The notes beneath the pieces are model-generated. The model was given only the letters and a program-made list of their open reading frames with translations. It was not told the origin of the DNA and did not search any database. From an uncultured bacterium (GTDB taxonomy: Bacteria > Hydrothermota > E44-bin80), in assembly GCA_964392665.1 (NCBI GenBank), contig CAYMQB010000006.1, forward strand, positions 7,856 to 71,855: a stretch of 64,000 nt of DNA. The letters are read 5' to 3'. Positions 11,226 through 20,015 of this stretch are shown here, piece after piece. A program made the translations under genes and the position numbers. Positions within the stretch are counted from its first letter, which is position 1. Every line of letters starts with the position of its first letter.

Positions 11226-11363
11226 ACGAACTAGTAATTATGAAACGAGATTCACTGGGACAACTTGAAGAAGCACAAGAGATTAAGCTTTGGCAAAGGG
11301 ATGAGTCAACTCGTTATTTATGTTTGCGATGTACTACATTTTGTGTAGCTTTATGCGAACGAA

Positions 11364-12170
11364 ATGAAAAAAGATAAACCAACATATAATTATATTTCCA
11401 ACTATCTGATTAAAGTTCAGTCGAAAGGTAGATACACAATATCTTTTGAAGAATTACGAAATGAATTTGATGTATCTAAAAAGGCTTTACTTCAAAATAT
11501 TTTTCGCTTAAAAAGTAAGAATCAAGTTGCTCAAGTCCGAAAGAAGTTTTATGTTATCATACCACCACAATACTCAGATAAGGGAATGGTTCCTCCTACC
11601 ATCTTCATAGATGATATGATGAAGCATCTTAATAAAGATTACTACGTAGGACTTCTTTCTGCGGCAGCTTTACATGGTGCAAGCCATCAACAACCAATGG
11701 AATTTCAGGTGGTGACCCAAAAACCCGCTTTGCGAAAAATCAAGAATCAAAAGCTCCTTATCGTTTTTTTTACAAAAGGAGCTTGGAACAAGGATCAAAT
11801 AACCGAAAAGAAAACCGAAGCAGGTTATCTTAATGTTTCAACACCTGAATTGACAGCTTTTGATCTGGTTTATTACAATAAAAATATTGGTGGACTTAAC
11901 CGTATCATCCCAATTCTTGAAGATTTGTCAGAAGAGATAAAACCATCATTGCTCACAAAAATAGCATGTAGCCAGAAGTCACCCACAATACAACGACTTG
12001 GTTATCTATTGGATGTAATAAAGAATACAAGTCTTTCTAACTCCCTTTTTAAGGCAATAGAAAAGACAAAAATGAAAAAAGTACCGTTATCTCTTGTTCA
12101 TAAGGATAGAACAGGAAATGTTAATGAGCGCTGGAAGTTAATAATTAACACTGAACTTGATTTTAGATGA
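11364..12170 (+). CDS. abiEi: Type IV toxin-antitoxin antitoxin, AbiEi family
   Basis: N-terminal wHTH-like region, YYVGLLSAAALHGASHQQP, VSTPELTAFDL; ATGA overlap with toxin. Confidence 0.88.
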   Translation: MKKDKPTYNYISNYLIKVQSKGRYTISFEELRNEFDVSKKALLQNIFRLKSKNQVAQVRKKFYVIIPPQYSDKGMVPPTIFIDDMMKHLNKDYYVGLLSAAALHGASHQQPMEFQVVTQKPALRKIKNQKLLIVFFTKGAWNKDQITEKKTEAGYLNVSTPELTAFDLVYYNKNIGGLNRIIPILEDLSEEIKPSLLTKIACSQKSPTIQRLGYLLDVIKNTSLSNSLFKAIEKTKMKKVPLSLVHKDRTGNVNERWKLIINTELDFR

Positions 12171-12955
12171 TACCAAGACGATACATCGAAGAATGGAAAG
12201 AATTTTCGTCGTGGACGGAAAACACACAGGTGGAGCAAGACCTCGTTATTGAAAAAGCATTAATCCAGTTATTTTCTGATCCATTCTTAAGAGAGCGATT
12301 GGCATTCAGGGGAGGAACAGCCTTACACAAGATCTTTCTTAAACCTCAAGTCAGGTATTCAGAAGATATTGACCTTGTACAAATTAAACCCGAATCAATT
12401 AAAGACACATTGTCTACTATTCGAAAGCAATTTGGATTTCTTGGCAAACCGACGATTAAGCAAAAAGCTAACAACAACACATTAATTTACAGGTTTGACT
12501 CTGAAATACCTCCTGTGATTAATCTTCGATTAAAAATTGAGATCAATTGTCGAGAGCATTTCTCTGTACTAGGGTACAAAGAAATTGAACATCAAGTAGA
12601 GAATACTTGGGCAAAAGGTTACTGCAAAATTATGTCATTTGAACCAGAAGAATTACTTGGAACAAAAATTCGTGCCCTTTACCAACGGAAAAAAGGGCGG
12701 GACTTATTCGATATTCATTATGCCATAACCAATTTGCGTCTGGAATTCGCTAAAATCATTAAGTGCTACAAAGAATATATGGCTTTTTCAGTGGGTAATC
12801 CTCCAACACGGAAACAATTTCTTCAAAATATGAAAGAAAAGCTGGATGACCCGGACTTTCGTGGGGACATCTATGCACTGTTACGTCCGGACGTAGAATA
12901 TGATCAGGAAGAAGCCTTTAAATTAATACGAACTGAATTAATAGAAAAAATCTAG
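12167..12955 (+). CDS. abiEii: Type IV toxin-antitoxin nucleotidyltransferase toxin, AbiEii family
   Basis: QVEQDL, AFRGGTALHK, RYSEDIDL, TKIRALYQRKKGRDLFD. Confidence 0.92.
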   Translation: MIPRRYIEEWKEFSSWTENTQVEQDLVIEKALIQLFSDPFLRERLAFRGGTALHKIFLKPQVRYSEDIDLVQIKPESIKDTLSTIRKQFGFLGKPTIKQKANNNTLIYRFDSEIPPVINLRLKIEINCREHFSVLGYKEIEHQVENTWAKGYCKIMSFEPEELLGTKIRALYQRKKGRDLFDIHYAITNLRLEFAKIIKCYKEYMAFSVGNPPTRKQFLQNMKEKLDDPDFRGDIYALLRPDVEYDQEEAFKLIRTELIEKI

Positions 12956-13068
12956 AGAAGAACTCTAAAAATACAACCAGCAAGTGAAAAAGGACTGATA
13001 AAGTTTTATAAAAAGGAAAACATATCACATATGCTTTTTGCTTTCCCCGTTGGATTTTTACTCCGTTG

Positions 13069-13195
13069 CGCTTCATTCATTTTCTGTTTTTTTGTTTGTC
13101 ATTGCGGGTAATTTTTCATAATTTCTGCCGAAGCAATCTCATATTTACCTTACCTCTTTCCTCTCCCTCAAAGGGAGAGGAAGTATTAGGAGTAG
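13069..13195 (+). repeat. Direct repeat copy 2 (right flank of AbiE module); left half of palindromic element only
   Basis: Matches 10926-11048; no CTCGCAATGAC right arm; abuts Rhs remnant at 13196. Confidence 0.95.
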
Positions 13196-13533
13196 TACCA
13201 TTTTCTGTTACCTGCCTTATCATAAGTATATTTATTCGTTTTGTTATAGATACTTCTCGGATATTTTGCTTCCGTTACTCTCCGCAAATCATCGTATTTG
13301 TATGCAATGGTTCCTGTTATTGGTGCGACTGGACCAGACCTTGTTAATTTGAAAATAAGAGTATCCCTGTCTCCTATTTCATTGTATTTGTAATCAGATT
13401 TGAATAATTGATTGTTTCCGGAGGAATCCGTTACAATATCTATGAACTTCCTCGATGTCAGTTTATACTGCTCTTTAACACCATTTGGATACTCGAGCTT
13501 TTTCAACTGTCCCGTGTCCCAGTAATTATCTAT
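13186..13533 (-). pseudogene. Rhs/YD-repeat core fragment
   Basis: LEYPNGVKEQY, YKYNEIGDR, YKYDDLRRVTEAKYP, YTYDKAGNR; stop lies inside direct repeat 2; part of ORF 13186..13671 whose 5' part is low-complexity. Confidence 0.8.
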
Positions 13534-13568
13534 AGACATAAGACATGCGACCGAAGACATAAGACTTT
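13534..13568. repeat. Heptamer tandem array (AGACATA/AGACCGA family)
   Basis: AGACATA AGACATG CGACCGA AGACATA AGACTTT. Confidence 0.75.
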
Positions 13569-13774
13569 CTTCAGAAGAAAGAAATTGAGAAACTCGAAAA
13601 TTATTATTTTCCATTTTTAAATCTTTTTTTTCTATCTTCGAAAATGTATCACCAAAAAGAAAAGATTTCAAGAAAAATCTTTCCCTACTTTGTGTTATTC
13701 ACTTATTCGCATAAGCGAAGAATGTGAACTTATAAAATTATGCAATTCTTTTGCTGTTTTACTGAGAATTTAGT

Positions 13775-14059
13775 TTATTTTTGTTTGTTGAAATCCGCCC
13801 GTTTTCTCCCCTTTACTGCTGAAATTATCAACCCTACAGCAAATCCAATCAATCCCCAACCGACTGCATTTGTAAAGATAACCTTGGGATTTCTTATCCA
13901 ATGAATTATGTCATAGCCAATCACACCGTCTGACCTTAGTGAAACAGGAAAGATTTTTGTAAGTACACTTGGCCAATTTGCTAAGTAAAAGGAAGCTTCC
14001 ATAACAAATGACGCGAGCTTGCTCATTCCAGCTTGGAGAAATAGCCATATCATTAGCAT
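13775..14059 (-). CDS. Small membrane protein, possible immunity-type orphan; frame open upstream to 14134
   Basis: Hydrophobic segments, basic C-tail; located among Rhs remnants. Confidence 0.5.
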   Translation of the reverse strand: MLMIWLFLQAGMSKLASFVMEASFYLANWPSVLTKIFPVSLRSDGVIGYDIIHWIRNPKVIFTNAVGWGLIGFAVGLIISAVKGRKRADFNKQK

Positions 14060-14273
14060 AGCGTATTGGAAAGGAAATGCAAGGACGAAAAAAAGGAAAG
14101 AAGACGTTGCTAGAATTCGTAATGTTTTCTTCGTCTCTACCTCATTTTTCTGGTTTTAGTTTGACAAAGTTTTTTTTGTTGCTCGTTTTTTATTGCCTTT
14201 GTTGCCATGTTAATCTTATGCATAAATGAAGAAACAGGCGATTCACCAAAAGAGGAATTTCTAGGAGAATTTT

Positions 14274-14569
14274 TCAAAGATGATGACCGTTTAATACTTT
14301 CTTCAACTCCTTTATCTCCTTTGATAGACTATCCTCCTTCTTCGTAGCTCCGTTAACCTCAAATGCCCTGTGCGCATTCTTCAAAAACTCATCCCGCCAG
14401 TTGTATAATTGATTCTGATGAATCTCGTACTTTGTGCAAATCTCTCCTGTCTTCTGTGTCCTCAAATACTCCAAAAGTACCTTCGTTTTGTCCCTCGAAC
14501 TCCATTCCCTCCGTCCCATCTACTCCTCCTTCCTTTTGACAAGATTGCACTAACTTTTGCCTCTTGTCA
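14274..14569 (-). mobile_element. IS3-family remnant: putative left end plus truncated OrfA (ORF 14274..14519)
   Basis: HTH_Tnp-like WSSRDKTKVLLEYL...EICTKYEIHQNQLYNWRDEFL and coiled coil; GGAGG RBS; TG-starting end TGACAAGAGGCAAAAGTTAGTGCA; no OrfB/DDE. Confidence 0.75.
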
Positions 14570-14947
14570 ACGGGGAGCAGTATAACCCATCCATGGTGAA
14601 GTCCAATCATCGTGTGTCCAACTATCACAATATATTATTCCTGAATTCAACACCACTTTGGCGCCTCCATTAACAAAGTATTCCAATATAGAGTAGTTGG
14701 TTGTTCTGACATGCAAATATCCCCGATCAGTGTAACACTAATTAAAATATAAGAGCTTTATTTCCTTGCAATCTACCGGATCATTTGGGTTATCTGATTC
14801 ACATATTACAGTCACAGGTATCACTCCTCCAGCGGATATGTAAACATGTTGCGGAAGGTTATCGGTACATGTTATATAAGAATGAATTTTGATCGAGGTG
14901 AAAAGAACAAAAATAAATATTAACAATATCTTTCTGTAAGGATTCAA
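14567..14947 (-). pseudogene. Secreted protein N-terminus with internal TAG, cut by the IS remnant
   Basis: Signal-peptide-like start; frame continues 56 sense codons past TAG 14738-14740 and ends at the IS end. Confidence 0.6.
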
Positions 14948-15053
14948 TAATTTCAGTATTTCTTCTTTTTTTTATACCAAAAAAAATATTTATATTTGTC
15001 AAGAGAAATCGTGTTTTTATTTTCTTATAAAAATGTACACCATTGGTTAAATT

Positions 15054-15611
15054 CTACACCCGCTCGATGTATTGACCAGTACGGGTGTCAATTTTTATTA
15101 CATCTCCAACATTGATAAACAGAGGCACGTTTGCTTTCAAACCTGTTTCCATTTTGGCAGGTTTTGTGCCGGATGAAACGGTGTTTCCTTTATGTCCTGG
15201 TTCAGTTTCGGTTACGATAAGTTCGACAAAAATTGGGGGTTCAACCCCTACAGGATTTTCATCGGCAAAAAGACAGGTAACATCTATACCTTCTTTTAAG
15301 TATGAACCTTTATTAAGTAATAATTTGCTACTGACGGGAACCTGTTCGTAAGAATGTTTATCCATGAAATAAAAGATGTTGCCGTCGCTGTAAAGGTACT
15401 GATAAATCTTTCTCTCAATTCGAACAATATCGATTGAAGATCCAGCTCTAAGGGTATCTTCCAATACCTGCCCAGTTTGAATGTTTTTCAGTTTCAATCT
15501 TACAAAGGCGCCGCCTTTTCCAGGCTTTACATGCTGGAATTCAATGATTGAATAGATAGTTTGCTTGTAACGGATGTTAATCCCTTTTCTTATATCCGAT
15601 GTTGTTGCCAC
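15054..15611 (-). CDS. efp: Elongation factor P
   Basis: FQHVKPGKGGAFVR, KPAKMETG, VPLFINVGD..DTRTGQYIERV. Confidence 0.98.
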   Translation of the reverse strand: MATTSDIRKGINIRYKQTIYSIIEFQHVKPGKGGAFVRLKLKNIQTGQVLEDTLRAGSSIDIVRIERKIYQYLYSDGNIFYFMDKHSYEQVPVSSKLLLNKGSYLKEGIDVTCLFADENPVGVEPPIFVELIVTETEPGHKGNTVSSGTKPAKMETGLKANVPLFINVGDVIKIDTRTGQYIERV

Positions 15612-15616
15612 GATAA

Positions 15617-16672
15617 TCAGAGTTCCAATAGTCTTTGTTTTGGTGATTTTGTTAAGATATTTATTTTATTACGATAAACTGCAATGTCATCTTCAATCCT
15701 TACTCCACCCCAGTTGGGTAAGTAAATACCCGGTTCAATAGTGAAGACCATTCCCGGGACGACTTTCTCTTTACTTCTATGGGAAAGTCCGGGGGCTTCA
15801 TGCACTTCAAGCCCTATACCGTGTCCAAGTCCGTGACCAAAATTCTCACCGTAGCCTGCTTCATCAATAATGTTTCTTGCAATTCCGTCAATATCACTTA
15901 GCTTTATTCCAACTTTGATTGCATTAATTGCTGAAATCTGAGCCTTCAAAACAAGCTTATATATGTTTTTTTGTTTTTTGCTTGCTTTCCCTATTACCAC
16001 TGTTCTTGTCATATCAGAAACGTAACCACCGTATGTTGCGCCAAAATCAAAAAGGAAGAAATCGCCTTTTTTTATTTTTCTCATACCGGGCTGCCCATGT
16101 GGGAGCGAAGTATTTACTGAAGTTATCGCAATCGTGGGAAATGGGTGGGCGGTAGAACCGTTTTTCCTAAGTATATACTCAAATTCAGATGCAATGTCGA
16201 TTTCCCTTACACCTATTTTGATAGACTTGAGAATTTCTGACAATGAAAGGTCTCCAATTTCGGCAGCCTTCGTAATTTTTTTTATCTCCAGAGGAGTTTT
16301 AATCATACGGAATTTTTCTATAACACTACTTGTTGGAACAAGATTTCTTCCTGGCAAGCTTTTTCTGATTTTCCTATAGGATGAATAAAGGAGATTGTCT
16401 GACTCAAATGCAACTTTTTTTGATTTCTGTATTAATTGTTTTAAGTAGAATGATAGCTGTTTCTTAATTGTTATAATTTCAAAACCCGATGTCTGTTTCT
16501 CTGTTTGTTCGGTGAACCTTGAATCCGTTATGATGTATCTCTTTCTCTTCGAAAGAAGAACAACTGCCCAATCACCTGAAAAACCACTCAGATAACGAAT
16601 ATTCTTTAAATTTGTTATCAGGAAGTAGTTGGTTTTCTCGGGTAGGTACTTGAAGATGTTTATGTTTTTCAC
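15617..16672 (-). CDS. Xaa-Pro peptidase, M24 family
   Basis: Complete metal ligands: DFGA..GYVSD, HGLGHGIGLEVHE, TIEPG, RIED. Confidence 0.93.
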   Translation of the reverse strand: MKNINIFKYLPEKTNYFLITNLKNIRYLSGFSGDWAVVLLSKRKRYIITDSRFTEQTEKQTSGFEIITIKKQLSFYLKQLIQKSKKVAFESDNLLYSSYRKIRKSLPGRNLVPTSSVIEKFRMIKTPLEIKKITKAAEIGDLSLSEILKSIKIGVREIDIASEFEYILRKNGSTAHPFPTIAITSVNTSLPHGQPGMRKIKKGDFFLFDFGATYGGYVSDMTRTVVIGKASKKQKNIYKLVLKAQISAINAIKVGIKLSDIDGIARNIIDEAGYGENFGHGLGHGIGLEVHEAPGLSHRSKEKVVPGMVFTIEPGIYLPNWGGVRIEDDIAVYRNKINILTKSPKQRLLEL

Positions 16673-17988
16673 TTCTGAAATTTGTTCAACCAGTCTTGAA
16701 AATTGTCAAGATTCTTAGATTGTTCGGAGTTGTCTGTTTTAGTTTCTTCCTCGTCGGGATTCTCTGGAATTTGTTTCTCTTCTTTGTTTTTGGGTGAAGC
16801 TTCAGTTTGTGTCTGCTTTTGCAGCTCTGTAAGTTTAGTCTTGAGTTTTTCGTTATTCGGATTATTGATGAGTAATTCTTTGTATATATTAATTGCCTCT
16901 TCTTTGAAACCCTGACTCAAGTAGATTTCCGCGAGTGTTTCAGTTGCAGCAGGTTTTTTGGTTTTTTCCTCATCTTTTTTTGTTGTTTCATCAGGTACTT
17001 CAGGTTCTGTTTCAGGTGGATGAAATTCCTCTTTTACTTGTTCCTGTTCCGAAGGTTTTTGCTCTGTAAATTTTTCTTCCTCAACGTCTAACTTGGTTTC
17101 TTCGAAAAGGGAAGATATTCCTTCAATTTGCTCTTCTGATTTTACTTGTTGTTCCTGGGTCGGCTGTTCTGTCTCTATTGGTTGTTTCTCTTCTAGCGCT
17201 TCTTCTTCTGCAGGTTTTTCGAGCTGTTCCTGTGGTTCTTCGGTGTGCGTTTCCTGTATTTTAGGTTGCTCTTCCCAAGGCGGTTTGAAATCTTGCTTTG
17301 TTTCTGTTTCTGTTTCTTCTGTTTTCTCCTCAGAGGTTTCCACGGAGGGTTCCACCAAGGGTTCTAAAGAGGGGAGTTGCGGTTCGGGAGGCGCTGCGGT
17401 TTCCGAATGTGTATCTTCCTGTGGTTCTTGAAAAATATCTTCAATACTTGGACCTTCGGTCTCTTGCTCTTTTTCTTCTTCCGCGACTTCTTCTTGCTTT
17501 TCATCTTCCTTTTGCTTGGGTATACTCTGAAATGTATCGAATTGCTGTGAATCTTGTGTCATTTCCCCTGTGAGATTTTTAAGTGACTCTACTTCCCTCG
17601 TGAAATTTTCGTTGAGAGGGTCAAGCTCCAGAAGCTTCTTATAAATATCGTAAGCATCCTCGAACTGGTTAAGATTCTTATATGTCTCACCAAGTTTTTC
17701 AAGGGCTACTATGTTCTGGGAATCTATTTCTACAGCTTTGCCAAATTCGACCTTTGCAAGTTCATACATCCTTTTATCAAGATAACACTTGCCAAGCACA
17801 ATTCTAGCACTTGCATAGCTGGGATGAATCTCCAGCCCTTTCTGTAGTATTTCAATAGCCTCATCTATCATATTATTCTTTCTATATGCGTTGGCAAGAG
17901 GCGAAAAAACTAAAGACTTTGGGTCTTTTGCCAATCTCTCGCTAAGTTTTTCTATTTCTGGTGGCAATCCTTCACTATTTATAGCCAA
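16669..17988 (-). CDS. TPR protein with long acidic linker and C-terminal TPR
   Basis: N-terminal TPRs (LANAYRK...ARIVLGKCY), E/P/Q/T-rich linker, ATETLAEIYLSQG...AINIYKELL. Confidence 0.8.
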   Translation of the reverse strand: MAINSEGLPPEIEKLSERLAKDPKSLVFSPLANAYRKNNMIDEAIEILQKGLEIHPSYASARIVLGKCYLDKRMYELAKVEFGKAVEIDSQNIVALEKLGETYKNLNQFEDAYDIYKKLLELDPLNENFTREVESLKNLTGEMTQDSQQFDTFQSIPKQKEDEKQEEVAEEEKEQETEGPSIEDIFQEPQEDTHSETAAPPEPQLPSLEPLVEPSVETSEEKTEETETETKQDFKPPWEEQPKIQETHTEEPQEQLEKPAEEEALEEKQPIETEQPTQEQQVKSEEQIEGISSLFEETKLDVEEEKFTEQKPSEQEQVKEEFHPPETEPEVPDETTKKDEEKTKKPAATETLAEIYLSQGFKEEAINIYKELLINNPNNEKLKTKLTELQKQTQTEASPKNKEEKQIPENPDEEETKTDNSEQSKNLDNFQDWLNKFQK

Positions 17989-18181
17989 TTTTTACCTCCT
18001 GATTTTCAATTCAGAATAACATACTACAGAGTTCACAGAGCCACTGAAAAACCACATTCTCTTTCACTATCCAATCATACCCTTAGCTCTCTTTGGTTAA
18101 GTATTTTCTTGATTATAATTGCATATTTAGATAGGATTGTCAAGTGAAAAATAACTTTTTAAAGAGTTCGTTAGATTTTAC

Positions 18182-18210
18182 TTGACAAGAATCGCATTCT
18201 TTGGTATACT
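18182..18210 (+). promoter_or_regulatory. Strong sigma70-type promoter with extended -10
   Basis: TTGACA-17 bp-TG-G-TATACT. Confidence 0.75.
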
Positions 18211-18245
18211 TTGTAAATAAATTAGTGAAAGGAGGTGTTTTTTCT

Positions 18246-18500
18246 ATGAAAAGAATGCTCACGATAACGGTAGTTGCTATAGTTCTCATTTCATTTCTTG
18301 GTTTGATTGGTTGCGGACCGAAATATGCATCCAAAGAAACCCTTGATCAATTGGAGGAAGCAAAGAGTGCATGCGAATCTGTAAAGTCAGAGGTTAAATC
18401 ACTGGAGAAGCAGATCGAAGATCTCCAAAATGAGAAAGCAGCAAAGGAAGCAAAAGTAGCAGAGCTCGAAAAGAGGCTCGAGGAACTAAAGGGCGAATAG
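18246..18500 (+). CDS. Small coiled-coil lipoprotein
   Basis: AAGGAGGTG RBS, lipobox LIG-C, heptad-rich mature part; start corrected from 18201. Confidence 0.8.
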   Translation: MKRMLTITVVAIVLISFLGLIGCGPKYASKETLDQLEEAKSACESVKSEVKSLEKQIEDLQNEKAAKEAKVAELEKRLEELKGE

Positions 18501-18530
18501 TAAGATTAGAATGAAAGGAGTTGAACTGAG

Positions 18531-18968
18531 ATGAAAACCAAAGTATTATTGGTCGTGCTTTTATCTCTTTTTCTTCTTGTAACATATTCATTGTCGATGG
18601 CACAGGAAAAGATTAAAGAAGAAGAGGCTCTTGCAATGATCGAAGAGTATAAAGCATGTGTGGAAGAGTACGGTGCAAAGGTTGATGAACTTAAAGTTCA
18701 AGTAGATCCATTGATGGATGCAGTCGCAAAGCTTGATAACAGGATTTCGGAGCTTGAGGCTGAGATAGCCAAGTATACTGAGAAAGAAGATAGTGACTAC
18801 TATGTTGTTAAGGTAGGTGACTGGCTCAGCAAACTTGCAGAATACCCCGAAGTTTATGGACATGGAAATTATGCTCAATGGCAGAGGATTTACAAGGCAA
18901 ACAAAAACATGATTAAGAACCCAGACCTTATTTATCCGGGTTGGAAACTCGCGATTCCAAGACCATAA
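18531..18968 (+). CDS. Secreted coiled-coil + LysM protein
   Basis: Signal peptide; YVVKVGDWLSKLA...IYKANKNMIKNPDLIYPGWKLAIP LysM. Confidence 0.9.
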   Translation: MKTKVLLVVLLSLFLLVTYSLSMAQEKIKEEEALAMIEEYKACVEEYGAKVDELKVQVDPLMDAVAKLDNRISELEAEIAKYTEKEDSDYYVVKVGDWLSKLAEYPEVYGHGNYAQWQRIYKANKNMIKNPDLIYPGWKLAIPRP

Positions 18969-18980
18969 ATTAGTATTTTT

Positions 18981-19025
18981 GCCAGGCAGTCAAGGTTTTC
19001 ACTAGTTTGACTGCCTGGCTTTTTT
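18981..19025 (+). terminator. Rho-independent terminator
   Basis: 13-bp stem GCCAGGCAGTCAA/TTGACTGCCTGGC then T6. Confidence 0.9.
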
Positions 19026-19079
19026 AGTAAATTAATATTGAACCATTTCCCTTAACATTGAAAGAAAGTCTTTGATATA

Positions 19080-20015
19080 ATGGAGAAAACGTACATAGTG
19101 AAAGGCTTTCCACCCATTCATTTGCTCGGAAGCAATAACTCGAATTTAAAAGTATTGCAGAATCTCTTCGGGGGGAAAATAATAGTTAGAGGTGAAAACC
19201 TAAAATTGATTGGCAAGAGCAGCGATGTTAAGGAGTTTGGCAAAGGGATTGAAATTCTGTTTTCAAGAGCGAAGCAGGGAGAGCTTTTGGATGAAGTTAC
19301 GATAATTTCTGTTTTCAGGGACGAAGTGGGGACACAGGACAGAGTTGAAAAGGCAAACTCAATAAAGACACCAAAGAAAACAATCCGAGCAAAAACAAGG
19401 GGACAGGAGAAATATGTCAAAGCAATTGAGGAAATGGATATTGTGGTCTGTATTGGTCCTTCAGGAACGGGTAAGACCTATTTAGCTGTTGCAAAGGCTG
19501 TGGAGACTCTTGTGCAAAAAAAATACGAAAGGATCGTTTTGGTAAGGCCTGCCGTGGAAGCAGGGGAAAGTCTTGGATTTCTTCCCGGTGACTATAGAGA
19601 AAAGATTGATCCCTATTTAAGACCACTTTATGATTCCTTGATTGATATGGTTTCTAGGGAAAAACTAACACATCTTTACGATACTCAAACAGTTGAAGTT
19701 GCTCCATTGGCATTTATGAGAGGGAGAACGCTTAACGATGCGTTCATAATTCTCGATGAAGCACAAAATACGACAAGTGTGCAGATGAAAATGTTTCTTA
19801 CAAGACTTGGCAACGGTTCAAAGGCGGTTGTTACCGGGGATATCACTCAAATTGACCTTGCCGGGAAAGAGGCATCGGGTCTTGTTAAAATTCAGAAGAT
19901 ATTAGAGAATGTTGAAGGTGTGAAATTCATTTATCTCACAAAGAGAGATGTTGTGAGAAGAAGACTTGTTCAAAAAATAGTCGAAGCTTATGAGGAATAT
20001 ACAGCTGAAAAATAA
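19080..20015 (+). CDS. phoH: PhoH-family ATPase
   Basis: GPSGTGKTYLA, RPAVEAGESLGFLPGD, APLAFMRGRTL, LDEAQN, GDITQID. Confidence 0.96.
   Translation: MEKTYIVKGFPPIHLLGSNNSNLKVLQNLFGGKIIVRGENLKLIGKSSDVKEFGKGIEILFSRAKQGELLDEVTIISVFRDEVGTQDRVEKANSIKTPKKTIRAKTRGQEKYVKAIEEMDIVVCIGPSGTGKTYLAVAKAVETLVQKKYERIVLVRPAVEAGESLGFLPGDYREKIDPYLRPLYDSLIDMVSREKLTHLYDTQTVEVAPLAFMRGRTLNDAFIILDEAQNTTSVQMKMFLTRLGNGSKAVVTGDITQIDLAGKEASGLVKIQKILENVEGVKFIYLTKRDVVRRRLVQKIVEAYEEYTAEK

Noticed and set aside
13066-13347. 93-aa plus-strand ORF
   Set aside because: Made of direct repeat 2 and antisense Rhs sequence
14738-14740. TAG read-through or pyrrolysine recoding
   Set aside because: TAG is an ordinary stop for hutH, abiEii and others here; region is visibly decayed
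19052-19081. TTAACA-18-TATAAT promoter for phoH
   Set aside because: The -10 box overlaps the likely start codon, so it cannot transcribe the full gene
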